DNA of 48,685 nucleotides from a virus (Duplodnaviria; Heunggongvirae; Uroviricota; Caudoviricetes): IMG/VR virus record IMGVR_UViG_2541047926_000004, positions 1 to 48,685 of that record; one strand, 5' to 3'. Shown piece by piece: positions 39,401 to 48,685 of this stretch (position 1 is its first letter; each line of letters starts with the position of its first letter). The notes under the pieces were generated by a model. It saw only the letters and a program-made list of their open reading frames with translations, ran no database searches and was not told where the DNA came from. The position numbers and the translations under genes were made by a program.

Positions 39401-40339
39401 GACGTCAACGGCAACAAGGCATCCATCAACAGCCTGAATCAGACGCTCTCCGACTATCAGCAGGCCACCGCCACGCAGATAAACGTCATCACGGCGACCG
39501 TGAACGGGCATACCTCCGCCATCACCACTAACGCTCAGGCTATAGCCAACGTTAATGGCGAACTCAGCGCGATGTACAACATCAAGGTTGGTGTCTCCAG
39601 CAACGGGCAGTATTACGCCGCGGGGATGGGTATCGGCGTGGAGAATACGCCATCCGGCATGCAGTCGCAGGTTATCTTCCTGGCTGACCGCTTCGCCGTC
39701 ACCACGGCAGCCGGAAATAGCGTAGCTTTGCCGTTCGTGATCCAGAACGGGCAGACATTCATCCGGGCCAGCTTCATCCAGGACGGCACCATTGAGAACG
39801 CCAAAATCGGCAACTATATCCAGTCCAACAACTATGCAGCTGGTTCTGCTGGTTGGAAGTTGAATAAAGCTGGAGATGCTGAATTCAACAATGTGACCGT
39901 CAGAGGTGTAGTATATGCTAGTGGCGGTAGCTTTACTGGTGAGATCCAAGCAACAAGCGGTAAATTCAAAGGGACTGTGGAAGCCCAAAGTTTTATCGGG
40001 GACATTGCAAATATGCACACAGGGACGAATGTGAGTCGGTCTAGTGATGGATCTTTAGAAAAGGTAATAACTTATACGGATTCATCCAGTTCTGGGCACG
40101 CAAGACACGTCTGTGTTATAGCAAACGTTAAAGGTAATGGTGCAGGACTAATCAATATTAACGGCAATGAGAGTGGTTCATCTGTGCAAGACGTGGAGAG
40201 ACTTATTATGCATTCTGCTGTTGTAACAGGCCCAAACGTAACAGTGCGTATTAAAGTGTCCGCTCAAAATGGCAGGGGTGCGTTCATTTCTTCTCCTACT
40301 ATCATAGTATCACACGGATCTGGTTCATTCACAGATTAA
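36449..40339 (+). CDS. J: host specificity protein J (central tail fibre)
   Basis: 1296 aa, lambda J-like. Confidence 0.9.
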   Translation: MAISTPIRGRKGGSSSSRTPTEQPDDLQSVAKAKILVALGEGEFAGQLTAKDIYLDGTPLENADGSQNFSGVAWEFRPGTQAQKYIQGIPGTENEISVGTEVSSTTGWTHTFTNTQLSAVRLRLKWPSLFKQEDDGDLVGYSINYAIDLQTDGGTWQTVLNTSVTGKTTSGYERSHRIDLPQAGSTWTVRLRKLTADANSAKIGDTMTLQSYTEVIDAKLRYPNTALLYIEFDSSQFNGSIPQISCEPRGRVIRVPDTYDPETRTYIGTWTGAFKWAWTDNPAWIFYDLVVSDRFGLGNRLTAANIDKWTLYQVAQYCDQPVPDGKGGSGTEPRYTCNVYVQERNDAYTVLRDFAAIFRGMTYWGGDQIVALADMPRDVDYSYTRANVVNGRFTYSGSTTKTRYTTALVSWSDPGNAYADAMEPVFEQELVARFGTNQLEMTAIGCTRQSEANRKGRWGILTNNKDRIVSFDVGLDGKIPQPGYIIAVADELLSGKVMGGRISAVNGRVIKLDRVADAAPGDRLILNLPSGASQSRTIQAVNGESVTVTTAYSETPQAEAVWVVESDELYAQQYRVVSVSDNGDGTFSITGAWHDPDKYARIDTGAIIDQRPVSVIPPGNQSPPANIVISSFSVVQQNISVETMRVSWDQAQNAIAYEAQWRRNDGNWVNVPRTSTTSFDVPGIYAGRYLVRVRAINAAEISSGWGYSEEKTLTGKVGNPPKPVGFIASENVVFGIELNWGFPANTDDTLKTEIQYSLTGTDGDAILLADVPYPQRKYQQMGLKAGQIFWYRAQLVDRTGNESGYTGWVRGQASIDVSDITDVILEDIKGSETFKDLIENAVDTNEKIAGMADDIKQANDELELQAQEIAKNAQDIGQVQTSVNELSSTVGDVSSSLSELEQTVATADTALGQRIDSISVSMDGMTGGVKNSAIAIIQGNLAQVAARKTLSASVAGNSAQLDRLDEVIVSEKEATARSLLSLQTDVNGNKASINSLNQTLSDYQQATATQINVITATVNGHTSAITTNAQAIANVNGELSAMYNIKVGVSSNGQYYAAGMGIGVENTPSGMQSQVIFLADRFAVTTAAGNSVALPFVIQNGQTFIRASFIQDGTIENAKIGNYIQSNNYAAGSAGWKLNKAGDAEFNNVTVRGVVYASGGSFTGEIQATSGKFKGTVEAQSFIGDIANMHTGTNVSRSSDGSLEKVITYTDSSSSGHARHVCVIANVKGNGAGLININGNESGSSVQDVERLIMHSAVVTGPNVTVRIKVSAQNGRGAFISSPTIIVSHGSGSFTD

Positions 40340-40340
40340 A

Positions 40341-40370
40341 ATATTAACCCCTCTTTTTAGGGGTTAATAT
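40341..40370. terminator. bidirectional terminator hairpin between J and the convergent lipoprotein gene
   Basis: Perfect 12-bp stem ATATTAACCCCT/AGGGGTTAATAT with 6-nt loop. Confidence 0.55.
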
Positions 40371-40604
40371 TTAGTAGTCTATAACACAGTTAGAAGGGCT
40401 ACCGATTCGTCGGTATTCGTGATCAATCTCGTGACACCACTGCCCCGTCATTGGAAGGTTTTCGGTATCATAAATTAAAGAACCGTTACCATCTCGATCC
40501 AAAGGTTTTGGAATGACACCGGAATTTGGTTTACCGGTATTTAAACCATTACCACATGCAGTGAGGGACAGACATAATGGCAGCATAATTAGAGCGAGTT
40601 TCAT
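40371..40604 (-). CDS. hypothetical lipoprotein
   Basis: 77 aa; signal peptide MKLALIMLPLCLSLTAC with lipobox; AAAGGAG RBS. Confidence 0.6.
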   Translation of the reverse strand: MKLALIMLPLCLSLTACGNGLNTGKPNSGVIPKPLDRDGNGSLIYDTENLPMTGQWCHEIDHEYRRIGSPSNCVIDY

Positions 40605-41109
40605 TTGGACTCCTTTGTGTTGTTGACAAGGTTCAATTTTAATATACTTGTTGTGTTGAGTAAGTCAAATAAAGTGGGAAATGTTATGGCAATTCGTTTA
40701 CATGGTATTTTAGTTGATGGATTGAATAAACCAATCGTCAACATAAACGTCTTCTTACTTGCACGAAGCCATTCATTTTTGATGGGACAATAAATATCAC
40801 CAATGCGAACCTGAATATTGGTGATAAATTTTGCCAGATTGTTTATACCGGGGCTAACTGTCGACACGTTGGTGGTTACGGAAATATTAGGTATAAAGGA
40901 ATTGTAATGACAGGTTGGAATGTCATAGCGGAAAGGAATAAAGTAGTCGGCAATTATTATTTGGGTGGGTGGTCAATGGCATTTGATACAACTATAGCTA
41001 TGCCAACACTGGCGTTGCCAAACATGTATTAAAAACCAATTCAGAAATTATTTCTGGTGATGGTTATATACCTCTCCGGGCTTCATGTTGTCTAAATTTA
41101 GGAGTTGTT

Positions 41110-42039
41110 ATGATTTATAGCACCGGAACTATCTCTATTAACGGAAATACCGCAACCGGCTCCGGTACAAACTGGACTGCACCGGCCAGCCAGGTTCGCG
41201 CTGGCCAGACGATTATTGTCATGTCTAACCCGGTTCAGATGTTCCAGATTTCATCCGTGAATAGCGCCACGTCAATGACGGTAACGCCTGCTGCATCACC
41301 GGCGCTGAGCGGCCAGAAGTACGGCATTCTGGTATCAGACAATATCTCGGTTGATGGGCTGGCGCAGGCCATGTCGCAGCTTATCAAGGAGTATGACGAG
41401 AATATTGGTGCGTGGGAGACGTTCGCCACAACCTCAGCCAACCAGAACGTTACCGTTACGATCAATGGCACCAGTTTATCAATCCCGGCTCTTGGGAAAT
41501 TACTGCAGAAGGGGAGCAACGGAGCTTTGCCGGTTAATCAAGGTGGTACCGGCGCAACGAATGCCGCAGACGCTCGCACAAACCTTGGTTTGAGAGAAGC
41601 GGCAAAACGAAATGTGGGCAACGGGGAAAACCAAATCCCTGATATGTCTTTCTGGACGGTTACTGGTGGCAATGGAAATTTTGTGATTCGTCAACCTGAC
41701 GGGCTAATCATTCAGATGGTTACTGTAAGTATAAGCGGTCGAGTGGCGATGAATGGAATGACTGATAATGCTTATGCCATTACAGGTTCTAATAAGTCTT
41801 ATATTGCCACAGCCACATTGCCCTTTGTATTTCCTAATAAGGTGCTGGGCGTTATCCCTCTGGTATCAACAACAGCTTATGGTGGTGTATCCAGTAATAT
41901 TACAGGTTCATACGCGACTGCGGTTTGTTCTTTTGCCGCTGTCAGGGGGAATAATACGATTGTGTTCAAAGTCGACAAACCACTGAATGCAGCCTTTCCT
42001 TCAGATACCAGCGTCTCAGCGTTAATCATTGGACGGTAA
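41110..42039 (+). CDS. side tail fibre protein
   Basis: 309 aa; GGTGATNAADARTNLGL motif typical of tail fibres; AGGAG RBS. Confidence 0.75.
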   Translation: MIYSTGTISINGNTATGSGTNWTAPASQVRAGQTIIVMSNPVQMFQISSVNSATSMTVTPAASPALSGQKYGILVSDNISVDGLAQAMSQLIKEYDENIGAWETFATTSANQNVTVTINGTSLSIPALGKLLQKGSNGALPVNQGGTGATNAADARTNLGLREAAKRNVGNGENQIPDMSFWTVTGGNGNFVIRQPDGLIIQMVTVSISGRVAMNGMTDNAYAITGSNKSYIATATLPFVFPNKVLGVIPLVSTTAYGGVSSNITGSYATAVCSFAAVRGNNTIVFKVDKPLNAAFPSDTSVSALIIGR

Positions 42040-42041
42040 TA

Positions 42042-42485
42042 ATGAACTCAGTATTCTTTTCACCCGGAAGTAAAAGTTTTTATCTGCAAGAATTGTTTCC
42101 AGAATATGAGGATGCGGGAACGCTTCCTGATGATGTTATTGAAATTACCAGAGAAACATATGAGCAATTTCTTGGTCTGCATCCAGAAGGGAAAGAAATT
42201 GGCGCTGACAGTTCAGGACGGCCAGTATGGATTAATTCCCCACCCCCTTCAAAAGAGGATGAGGTGTTGACGGCTGAAATGAAAAAAATATCTTTGGTTT
42301 CAGAAGTCAATACCTACATCAATACCCATCAGTGGCCTGGCAAAGCTGCTATTGGTCGTCTGAAAGGTAACGAGCTGGAGCAATATAATTTATGGCTTGA
42401 TTATCTGGACGCACTGGAACTGGTTGATCCCTCCAGTGCTCCAGATATTGAATGGCCTACGCCTCCGGCAGTTCAGGCCAGATGA
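42042..42485 (+). CDS. tail fibre assembly protein
   Basis: 147 aa Tfa-like. Confidence 0.8.
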   Translation: MNSVFFSPGSKSFYLQELFPEYEDAGTLPDDVIEITRETYEQFLGLHPEGKEIGADSSGRPVWINSPPPSKEDEVLTAEMKKISLVSEVNTYINTHQWPGKAAIGRLKGNELEQYNLWLDYLDALELVDPSSAPDIEWPTPPAVQAR

Positions 42486-43050
42486 CGTCCGGCGCGGTGC
42501 TGGTATCTGTTGCCGTCACCGCGTCAATGTAATCCAGCACGGCGTTAAGTCGGGTTGTTTCTGCCTGAGTCAACTTCCGTCCGGCCTGTAATTTCAGCTG
42601 AATCAGACTAATGGAAGCCATTGCTGCATCAATCAGTGACTGGCGCTGTGCTTCTGCCGCGTCTACTGCGGCACTGTGTTGTGCCTCAGTGTCTGTCACC
42701 CATTTCTCACCATCCCATTTATCGTATGGCGTTAACGGTGAAATCGTGACATAACCGTCTTTGATGGCACCGATATAATCCACTGTAGCAGCAGCACCAT
42801 TTTCGATTGAGTAAACGGTCTCATTGCGATGGTCTTCTTCATGGCTCCATCCCTTACCTGTAAATACTGCCACTCTTCCCGGAATGTTTTCGCCAAGGTC
42901 AATACCAGTGGAATAGGCGGGCATACTTACGCCAGTATTAATATATTCATCAGACCAGCCCGTATACTCAGATGTTTCAGCATCATAATAAAAACAACGC
43001 ATATCGCCCGGCACTGTAGCCAGCCCATTTTCATCAAAAACAGGTTTCAT
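42457..43050 (-). CDS. tail fibre assembly protein (alternative, opposite orientation)
   Basis: 197 aa Tfa-like; its ATG overlaps the stop of the upstream gene (TAATG). Confidence 0.8.
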   Translation of the reverse strand: MKPVFDENGLATVPGDMRCFYYDAETSEYTGWSDEYINTGVSMPAYSTGIDLGENIPGRVAVFTGKGWSHEEDHRNETVYSIENGAAATVDYIGAIKDGYVTISPLTPYDKWDGEKWVTDTEAQHSAAVDAAEAQRQSLIDAAMASISLIQLKLQAGRKLTQAETTRLNAVLDYIDAVTATDTSTAPDVIWPELPEA

Positions 43051-43547
43051 TATTTAGCCCTCACCAGAAAGTTAAATGCAATATTTCGCGGTCTGACTGC
43101 AACAAAATTCACACCATCACCCACAGAGTTACTGGTGAAATTAAATCGTGAAAATCCTGGCTGATTTCCGGCGATGCCATCATGAAAGTTAATTGCGTGT
43201 CCCGCACCTTCGCCTATATTCCCGGCAAACTGAGAAAAGTTTGTAGCGTTCTGCCAGCTTAATAATTCGCGACCACCGTCTACACCTCGCCCGTCATCCC
43301 AGACACGAATGAAATCACCGCGTGCGTCAGGTAATGCCAGCGCCGGAAACACTTTCGCCAGCACAGGGTAATCAGTGGCAGAAAATTTCGCCCCGTTGAA
43401 CTTCAAAAACACCATACTGGACCAGCTGTCGATTACAGTATTTGGCATTGCAGCGGACGGCCAGAAGAACGGAACGCCAATAGCTGGAGCACCTTCTCCC
43501 AAACCAACGTTTATGAAAATGAAGAAATAACGAGCAAATGGCATCAT
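43050..43547 (-). CDS. tail fibre protein (alternative, opposite orientation)
   Basis: 165 aa; e14 StfE-like as recalled; AGGA RBS. Confidence 0.75.
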   Translation of the reverse strand: MMPFARYFFIFINVGLGEGAPAIGVPFFWPSAAMPNTVIDSWSSMVFLKFNGAKFSATDYPVLAKVFPALALPDARGDFIRVWDDGRGVDGGRELLSWQNATNFSQFAGNIGEGAGHAINFHDGIAGNQPGFSRFNFTSNSVGDGVNFVAVRPRNIAFNFLVRAK

Positions 43548-43573
43548 TCCTGCTTTTGTCAGGGGGATCTACC

Positions 43574-44128
43574 ATGCTTATTGGCTATGTACGCGTATCA
43601 ACAAATGACCAGAACACAGATCTACAACGTAATGCGCTGAACTGTGCAGGATGCGAGCTGATTTTTGAAGACAAGATAAGCGGCACTAAGTCCGAAAGGC
43701 CAGGATTGAAAAAACTGCTCAGGACATTATCGGAAGGTGACACTCTGGTTGTCTGGAAGCTGGATCGGCTGGGGCGTAGTATGCGGCATCTGGTCATTCT
43801 GGTTGAGGAGTTGCGCGAACGTGGCGTTAATTTTCGCAGCCTGACGGATGCTATTGATACCAGCACACCGATGGGACGTTTTTTCTTTCATGTGATGGGA
43901 GCCTTGGCTGAAATGGAACGAGAACTGATTGTTGAACGAACAAAAGCTGGACTGGAAGCTGCTCGCGCACAGGGACGAATTGGTGGACGTCGTCCCAAAC
44001 TTACACCAGAACAATGGGCGCAGGCCGGACGATTAATTGCAGCAGGAATTCCTCGCCAGAAGGTGGCGATCATCTATGATGTTGGTGTATCGACACTGTA
44101 TAAGAAGTTTCCGGTCGGAGATAAATGA
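43574..44128 (+). CDS. pin: serine-recombinase DNA invertase (Pin/Gin/Hin family)
   Basis: MLIGYVRVSTNDQNTDLQ... resolvase N-domain, C-terminal HTH; GGGGGA RBS; track ORF starts at 43538. Confidence 0.9.
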   Translation: MLIGYVRVSTNDQNTDLQRNALNCAGCELIFEDKISGTKSERPGLKKLLRTLSEGDTLVVWKLDRLGRSMRHLVILVEELRERGVNFRSLTDAIDTSTPMGRFFFHVMGALAEMERELIVERTKAGLEAARAQGRIGGRRPKLTPEQWAQAGRLIAAGIPRQKVAIIYDVGVSTLYKKFPVGDK

Positions 44129-44188
44129 AACCGTAGCACGTCGTATGCAAGAAGATCGTGCTGCGGTTTATGCTTATCACTTAAAGAC

Positions 44189-45058
<870 letters not shown>

Positions 45059-45138
45059 CTAACTCTTTGAATTTACATAGTACAAAAAAGATACTTTTCC
45101 TCATAATGTGAATTAATTTTATGTTTCGTTTGATGATT

Positions 45139-45203
45139 GGACCGGTCTCGAAAACCGGAGTAGGGGCAACTCTACCGGGGTTCAAATCCCCCTCTCTCCG
45201 CCA
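45139..45203 (+). other. 3' fragment of tRNA-Ser (anticodon CGA; serU-like), lacking acceptor 5' strand and D-arm
   Basis: Anticodon arm CCGGT-CTCGAAA-ACCGG, long variable arm, T-arm GGGGTTCAAATCCCC, acceptor 3' strand CTCTCC-G-CCA; upstream sequence does not supply the 5' half. Confidence 0.55.
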
Positions 45204-45786
45204 CTTTATCAATGACTTATCTCCCGACTTCCCGCCTTGCTTTTCCTAAACAGAACAATCGTAGAATATTCTTGAAGGGTTAGATCGTCACTGTTTTCTG
45301 TTCGATACTGTGACATTCAGCACTTGATTCGCTATGGATCTGACAGGAAGGTTTCGAGCGAAAATCTGCAGTTATTCAGTCGTTTTCTTATCGGTCACCA
45401 TTATTCTTTTAGACATTGATCCTACAAAGCTGCCGCAAAGTTGGTGGTGGGAACTGAAGTTGCGTAGAGAAGGGGTCAATACCCGGAGGCAAACATGGGC
45501 TGGCAAAAGTGTAGCGGTATTAGGCGCAGCTATTTAGCCTAGTTATGTTTTATGAAAACTTGATATCATATAAGTGTCTTACTTATTGGCTGTAAATAAG
45601 GTTTTCTAAGGAATTGTTTCTTTAGTATCATTTGTAACTGTAACGGAATTTATAATCCTTTACTTTATTTTTACGGTATTTTTTATCACACCCTATTTTT
45701 TATGTGGTTTTTTATACTGAAGTTTGGCAAAGTGAACTTTATATGCATATACTTCATCCTGGTTTCAGTTAAATTGGGTGGATGAT

Positions 45787-46530
45787 ATGGCAACTACATG
45801 TTCAGTTATATTGATTTTGGAGTCCTTTGATGTTTATTTCGGAAAAGAGAGTGTGTTTCTGGATAGAGGTTTATCTGTACTTGTCGACTCTAGCTATAGA
45901 GATTTTTTCCTGACATATCCTGAAAGAGTGATAGTGGCGGATTTTGGCGCTGAGTTTATTAGTCGCTATTTGAAAGCTAATAACTTAAGGGATATTTCTG
46001 ATTGTAGGGAATATCCATCTTATTTAAAAATAAACTTTGCTGACTTCAGTTTAATTAAAGGATTAATTAGTTGGGCTAATCACTGTGCTGAATATATAGA
46101 AATTTTTGATGAGTCTATTGCTTTTACATGTCTCTCTGCATTTTCTTCTGAAAAACAATTTGGAGTATTTCTGTTTGGATGTTTGAAAAGCACAGGGGCT
46201 AAAGTTAAAACGATTATTCATACGGATTTATCTGCACCATGGCATCTTAAGGATATATCATCAAGATTATATCTCAGCGAAAGTTTACTAAAGAGGAAAT
46301 TGAAAGAAGAGGGGGTATCATTCAGTAAGATCCTACTTGATGAGAGGATGCAAATGGCTGAATATTTACTCAGCACTCGTTGTTATCCTATTAGTAAAGT
46401 AGCTAAGGTCTGTGGTTATGCCAGTGTCTCATACTTTACTTATGTATTTAGACGTTATTTTGGTGTTTCTCCAAGTCAATACTCTCCGAGGAGTTCAGAA
46501 AGTAAAATTCTTACTCACCAGGGAATCTAA
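45787..46530 (+). CDS. AraC/XylS-family transcriptional regulator
   Basis: C-terminal AraC-type HTH; AT-rich gene behind a long AT-rich leader; track ORF starts at GTG 45778. Confidence 0.75.
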   Translation: MATTCSVILILESFDVYFGKESVFLDRGLSVLVDSSYRDFFLTYPERVIVADFGAEFISRYLKANNLRDISDCREYPSYLKINFADFSLIKGLISWANHCAEYIEIFDESIAFTCLSAFSSEKQFGVFLFGCLKSTGAKVKTIIHTDLSAPWHLKDISSRLYLSESLLKRKLKEEGVSFSKILLDERMQMAEYLLSTRCYPISKVAKVCGYASVSYFTYVFRRYFGVSPSQYSPRSSESKILTHQGI

Positions 46531-46571
46531 TCATTGTTCTTGCCCCCTTATTTCCAGACAGGGGGTGTATC

Positions 46572-46799
46572 TTAAGTTAACGTTACCCGCTGACGTCGAT
46601 ATTCTCGCGGAGAGCGATAACCCAACGCACTGTGCGGATGGTTTTCATTGTAATGTTCGATCGCCACTGCAAGATTATGCAATGCCGTTCTTATATTCGG
46701 TTTCGGCATGAACGCGATGTAGTCTTCCTTCATCGTTTTCACGAACCTTTCTGCCATTCCATTACTCTGAGGACTGCTGATTACCCATGAGGAGTACAA
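46572..46799 (-). pseudogene. C-terminal fragment of an IS3-family transposase
   Basis: 75-aa ORF opening at TTG; [13 protein letters not shown]...[19 protein letters not shown] matches the end of the IS3-family catalytic domain; no upstream remainder. Confidence 0.6.
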
Positions 46800-47019
46800 T
46801 TAAACGGGTTAATCAGTTTCTCCATTTGAAAGAAAAAAGACTTCTGTACTGTTTGATATCACCGCTATTTTCTTATTTTCTGTGCAGGTCGTAGTGGGAC
46901 AAAACTGAGACACATAAGGCCTCACAATGGCTTGCAAGGCTTTACATGTTTTGATGTGGTGGGACGTGTGAGCGCAGTGTTGATGGGGTAATACTTTGAA
47001 TTAGAAGCGGATTCTTATG

Positions 47020-47066
47020 ATTCGTAATGCGAAGGTCGTAGGTTCGACTCCTATTATCGGCACCAT
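47020..47066. repeat. attR core (47-bp direct repeat, copy 2)
   Basis: Identical to 1399..1445. Confidence 0.8.
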
Positions 47067-47529
47067 CTTTTCTCGTAAAATCATCAAGTTACTATTGCAG
47101 TATTTTGCTTTGTTCAACACTAATGTGCAATTTTGCGCGTTGTAGGTGTGGCAAAATTGTGGCAAAGCTAATTGGTCAGCATTTGCATCATTACGCTAAA
47201 CAAACTACTTCCTTATAAACGTAATGTGTTGACCTTATCGATGCGTTGCATGAAAGACAGTTTAGTGATGAAAAATCTTATAAATTAACAGCTTAAATAC
47301 ATTATCCGATAGAGCTAAGTGCCAGAAAGGGACACTCAGGTTACATAACAATGAGTGATACAGTTCACGTAGTGAAGGTACTATGCCTAGGTGTTTGATT
47401 ACACTTTGATCATTGATGATACGCTCATGAAGGTATTACTTTCCTGTAATGAGCAGGTAGGTAACGATGTCGAACTAAATGAATTTATAGTAAACTTTGC
47501 AACAAGAGAACAAGGGAGTATGAGGGGTT

Positions 47530-48396
47530 ATGGCTACTGCAGAGCAGATCAAAGCTTTATTGAAAAGCCACGTTGATCGTGATGATCAGCGTTTCTTTTC
47601 TATTGCTTTGCAGGTGGCAGCTAAGGAAGCAAGGCAAGGTCATCATAAGCTTGCTAATGATATAAAAAACTTAGTTGATAAAAATCAGAAAACAACGAGT
47701 TCTGTAGGTTTAGTTGAAAAACGACTTACACCATTTGTTAAGCAGCCTGATGGTGATCTTAAGGGGTTACTTGAGCAAACGAACAAGCCAGTACATCTTC
47801 AAGATCTGGTGATTTCTGGAAGCGTTAGGGAAAGATTGAATCAGGTTCTGCTTGAACAAAAACAGAAAGATAAACTTTCTGAGTTTGGGCTTATTCCAAG
47901 AAGAAAAATTCTTTTCACTGGTCCTCCCGGTACTGGTAAGACAATGTCCGCATCAGTCATTGCTACAGAGTTAAAGCTACCACTTTATACAGTCGTCTTA
48001 GATAATCTAATCACTCGCTATATGGGTGAAACTGCAGCTAAGCTGCGTTTAATTTTTGACCACATACGGCAAACAAGAGCTGTATATTTTTTTGACGAGT
48101 TCGATGCTATAGGAACTCAGCGTGGCGCTCAGAATGACGTTGGAGAAATTCGTAGGGTCTTAAATTCTTTTTTAATGTTTGTAGAGCAGGATGATTCTGA
48201 GAGCATAGTTTTAGCTGCAACCAATCATCCAGAGCTTTTAGATCGCGCCTTATATAGACGATTTGACGATATTATACCGTTCACAAGGCCTGAGGATAAT
48301 CTAATCAGGAATCTTATTGAACAGAGACTCGCTGTCTTTGACCTCGGTAATTTATTTTGGAGTGAGATCATTGATAGTGCTTCAGGTCTAAGGTAA
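47530..48396 (+). CDS. AAA+ ATPase, C-terminus truncated by IS1
   Basis: Walker A GPPGTGKT, Walker B YFFDEFD; stop codon lies inside the IS1 terminal repeat. Confidence 0.7.
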   Translation: MATAEQIKALLKSHVDRDDQRFFSIALQVAAKEARQGHHKLANDIKNLVDKNQKTTSSVGLVEKRLTPFVKQPDGDLKGLLEQTNKPVHLQDLVISGSVRERLNQVLLEQKQKDKLSEFGLIPRRKILFTGPPGTGKTMSASVIATELKLPLYTVVLDNLITRYMGETAAKLRLIFDHIRQTRAVYFFDEFDAIGTQRGAQNDVGEIRRVLNSFLMFVEQDDSESIVLAATNHPELLDRALYRRFDDIIPFTRPEDNLIRNLIEQRLAVFDLGNLFWSEIIDSASGLR

Positions 48397-48685
48397 TGAC
48401 TCCAACTTATTGATAGTGTTTTATGTTCAGATAATGCCCGATGACTTTGTCATGCAGCTCCACCGATTTTGAGAACGACAGCGACTTCCGTCCCAGCCGT
48501 GCCAGGTGCTGCCTCAGATTCAGGTTATGCCGCTCAATTCGCTGCGTATATCGCTTGCTGATTACGTGCAGCTTTCCCTTCAGGCGGGATTCATACAGCG
48601 GCCAGCCATCCGTCATCCATATCACCACGTCAAAGGGTGACAGCAGGCTCATAAGACGCCCCAGCGTCGCCATAGTGCGTTCACC
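48392..48685 (-). mobile_element. IS1 (partial; runs off the window)
   Basis: Terminal repeat GGTAATGACTCCAACTTATTGATAGTG at 48392; insB C-terminal coding region on the minus strand. Confidence 0.85.
48407..48673 (-). CDS. insB: IS1 transposase InsB, C-terminal part
   Basis: 88-aa ORF matching the IS1 InsB C-terminus as recalled. Confidence 0.85.
   Translation of the reverse strand: MATLGRLMSLLSPFDVVIWMTDGWPLYESRLKGKLHVISKRYTQRIERHNLNLRQHLARLGRKSLSFSKSVELHDKVIGHYLNIKHYQ

Noticed and set aside
39380-40018. 212-aa minus-strand ORF
   Set aside because: Antisense to host specificity gene J
40987-41109. Constant N-terminal tail-fibre segment fused upstream of the plus-strand fibre gene
   Set aside because: The in-frame upstream stretch is only 41 codons after a stop and has no start codon; the fibre gene has its own RBS and ATG

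Overview
This window is an enterobacterial (E. coli-like) chromosome segment: proA, then tRNA-Thr (thrW), then a ~45.6 kb lambdoid prophage inserted in thrW. The prophage is bounded by a 47-bp direct repeat of the tRNA 3' end (1399..1445 and 47020..47066). Left to right it carries a P22-type integrase and excisionase, a Dam-like methyltransferase, lambda Red (exo, bet, gam), a cI/cro immunity region, O (with five iterons), P, ren, a nin region (ninB, ninE-like, ybcO, rusA, ylcG), Q, a lysis cassette (holin, SAR endolysin, Rz/Rz1), and lambda-type head and tail genes (Nu1, A, W, portal, protease-capsid fusion, FII, Z, U, V, G-T, H, M, L, K, I, J). It ends with an e14-like inverted tail-fibre cassette and a Pin invertase. 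The tail gene Z is split by an IS186 copy with a 10-bp target duplication, so the prophage is probably defective. Accessory cargo sits in the classical moron slots. The strongest candidate for an undescribed system is a two-gene cassette directly downstream of cI (the rexAB slot): a protein with a HipA/PI3K-type kinase catalytic loop plus a coupled 293-aa protein of unknown function. Other candidates are a GIY-YIG nuclease after pin (the mcrA slot of e14), a second ClpP/S49-like peptidase with a small Q/S/T-rich partner between Rz and cos, a zinc-ribbon gene between Q and the holin, and a lipoprotein after J. The right arm also holds a 3' fragment of tRNA-Ser, an orphan AraC-family regulator and an IS3-family remnant. 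Beyond attR lies an AAA+ ATPase gene truncated by IS1. All protein identifications rest on my reading of the translated ORFs and recalled family signatures; no database search was run.
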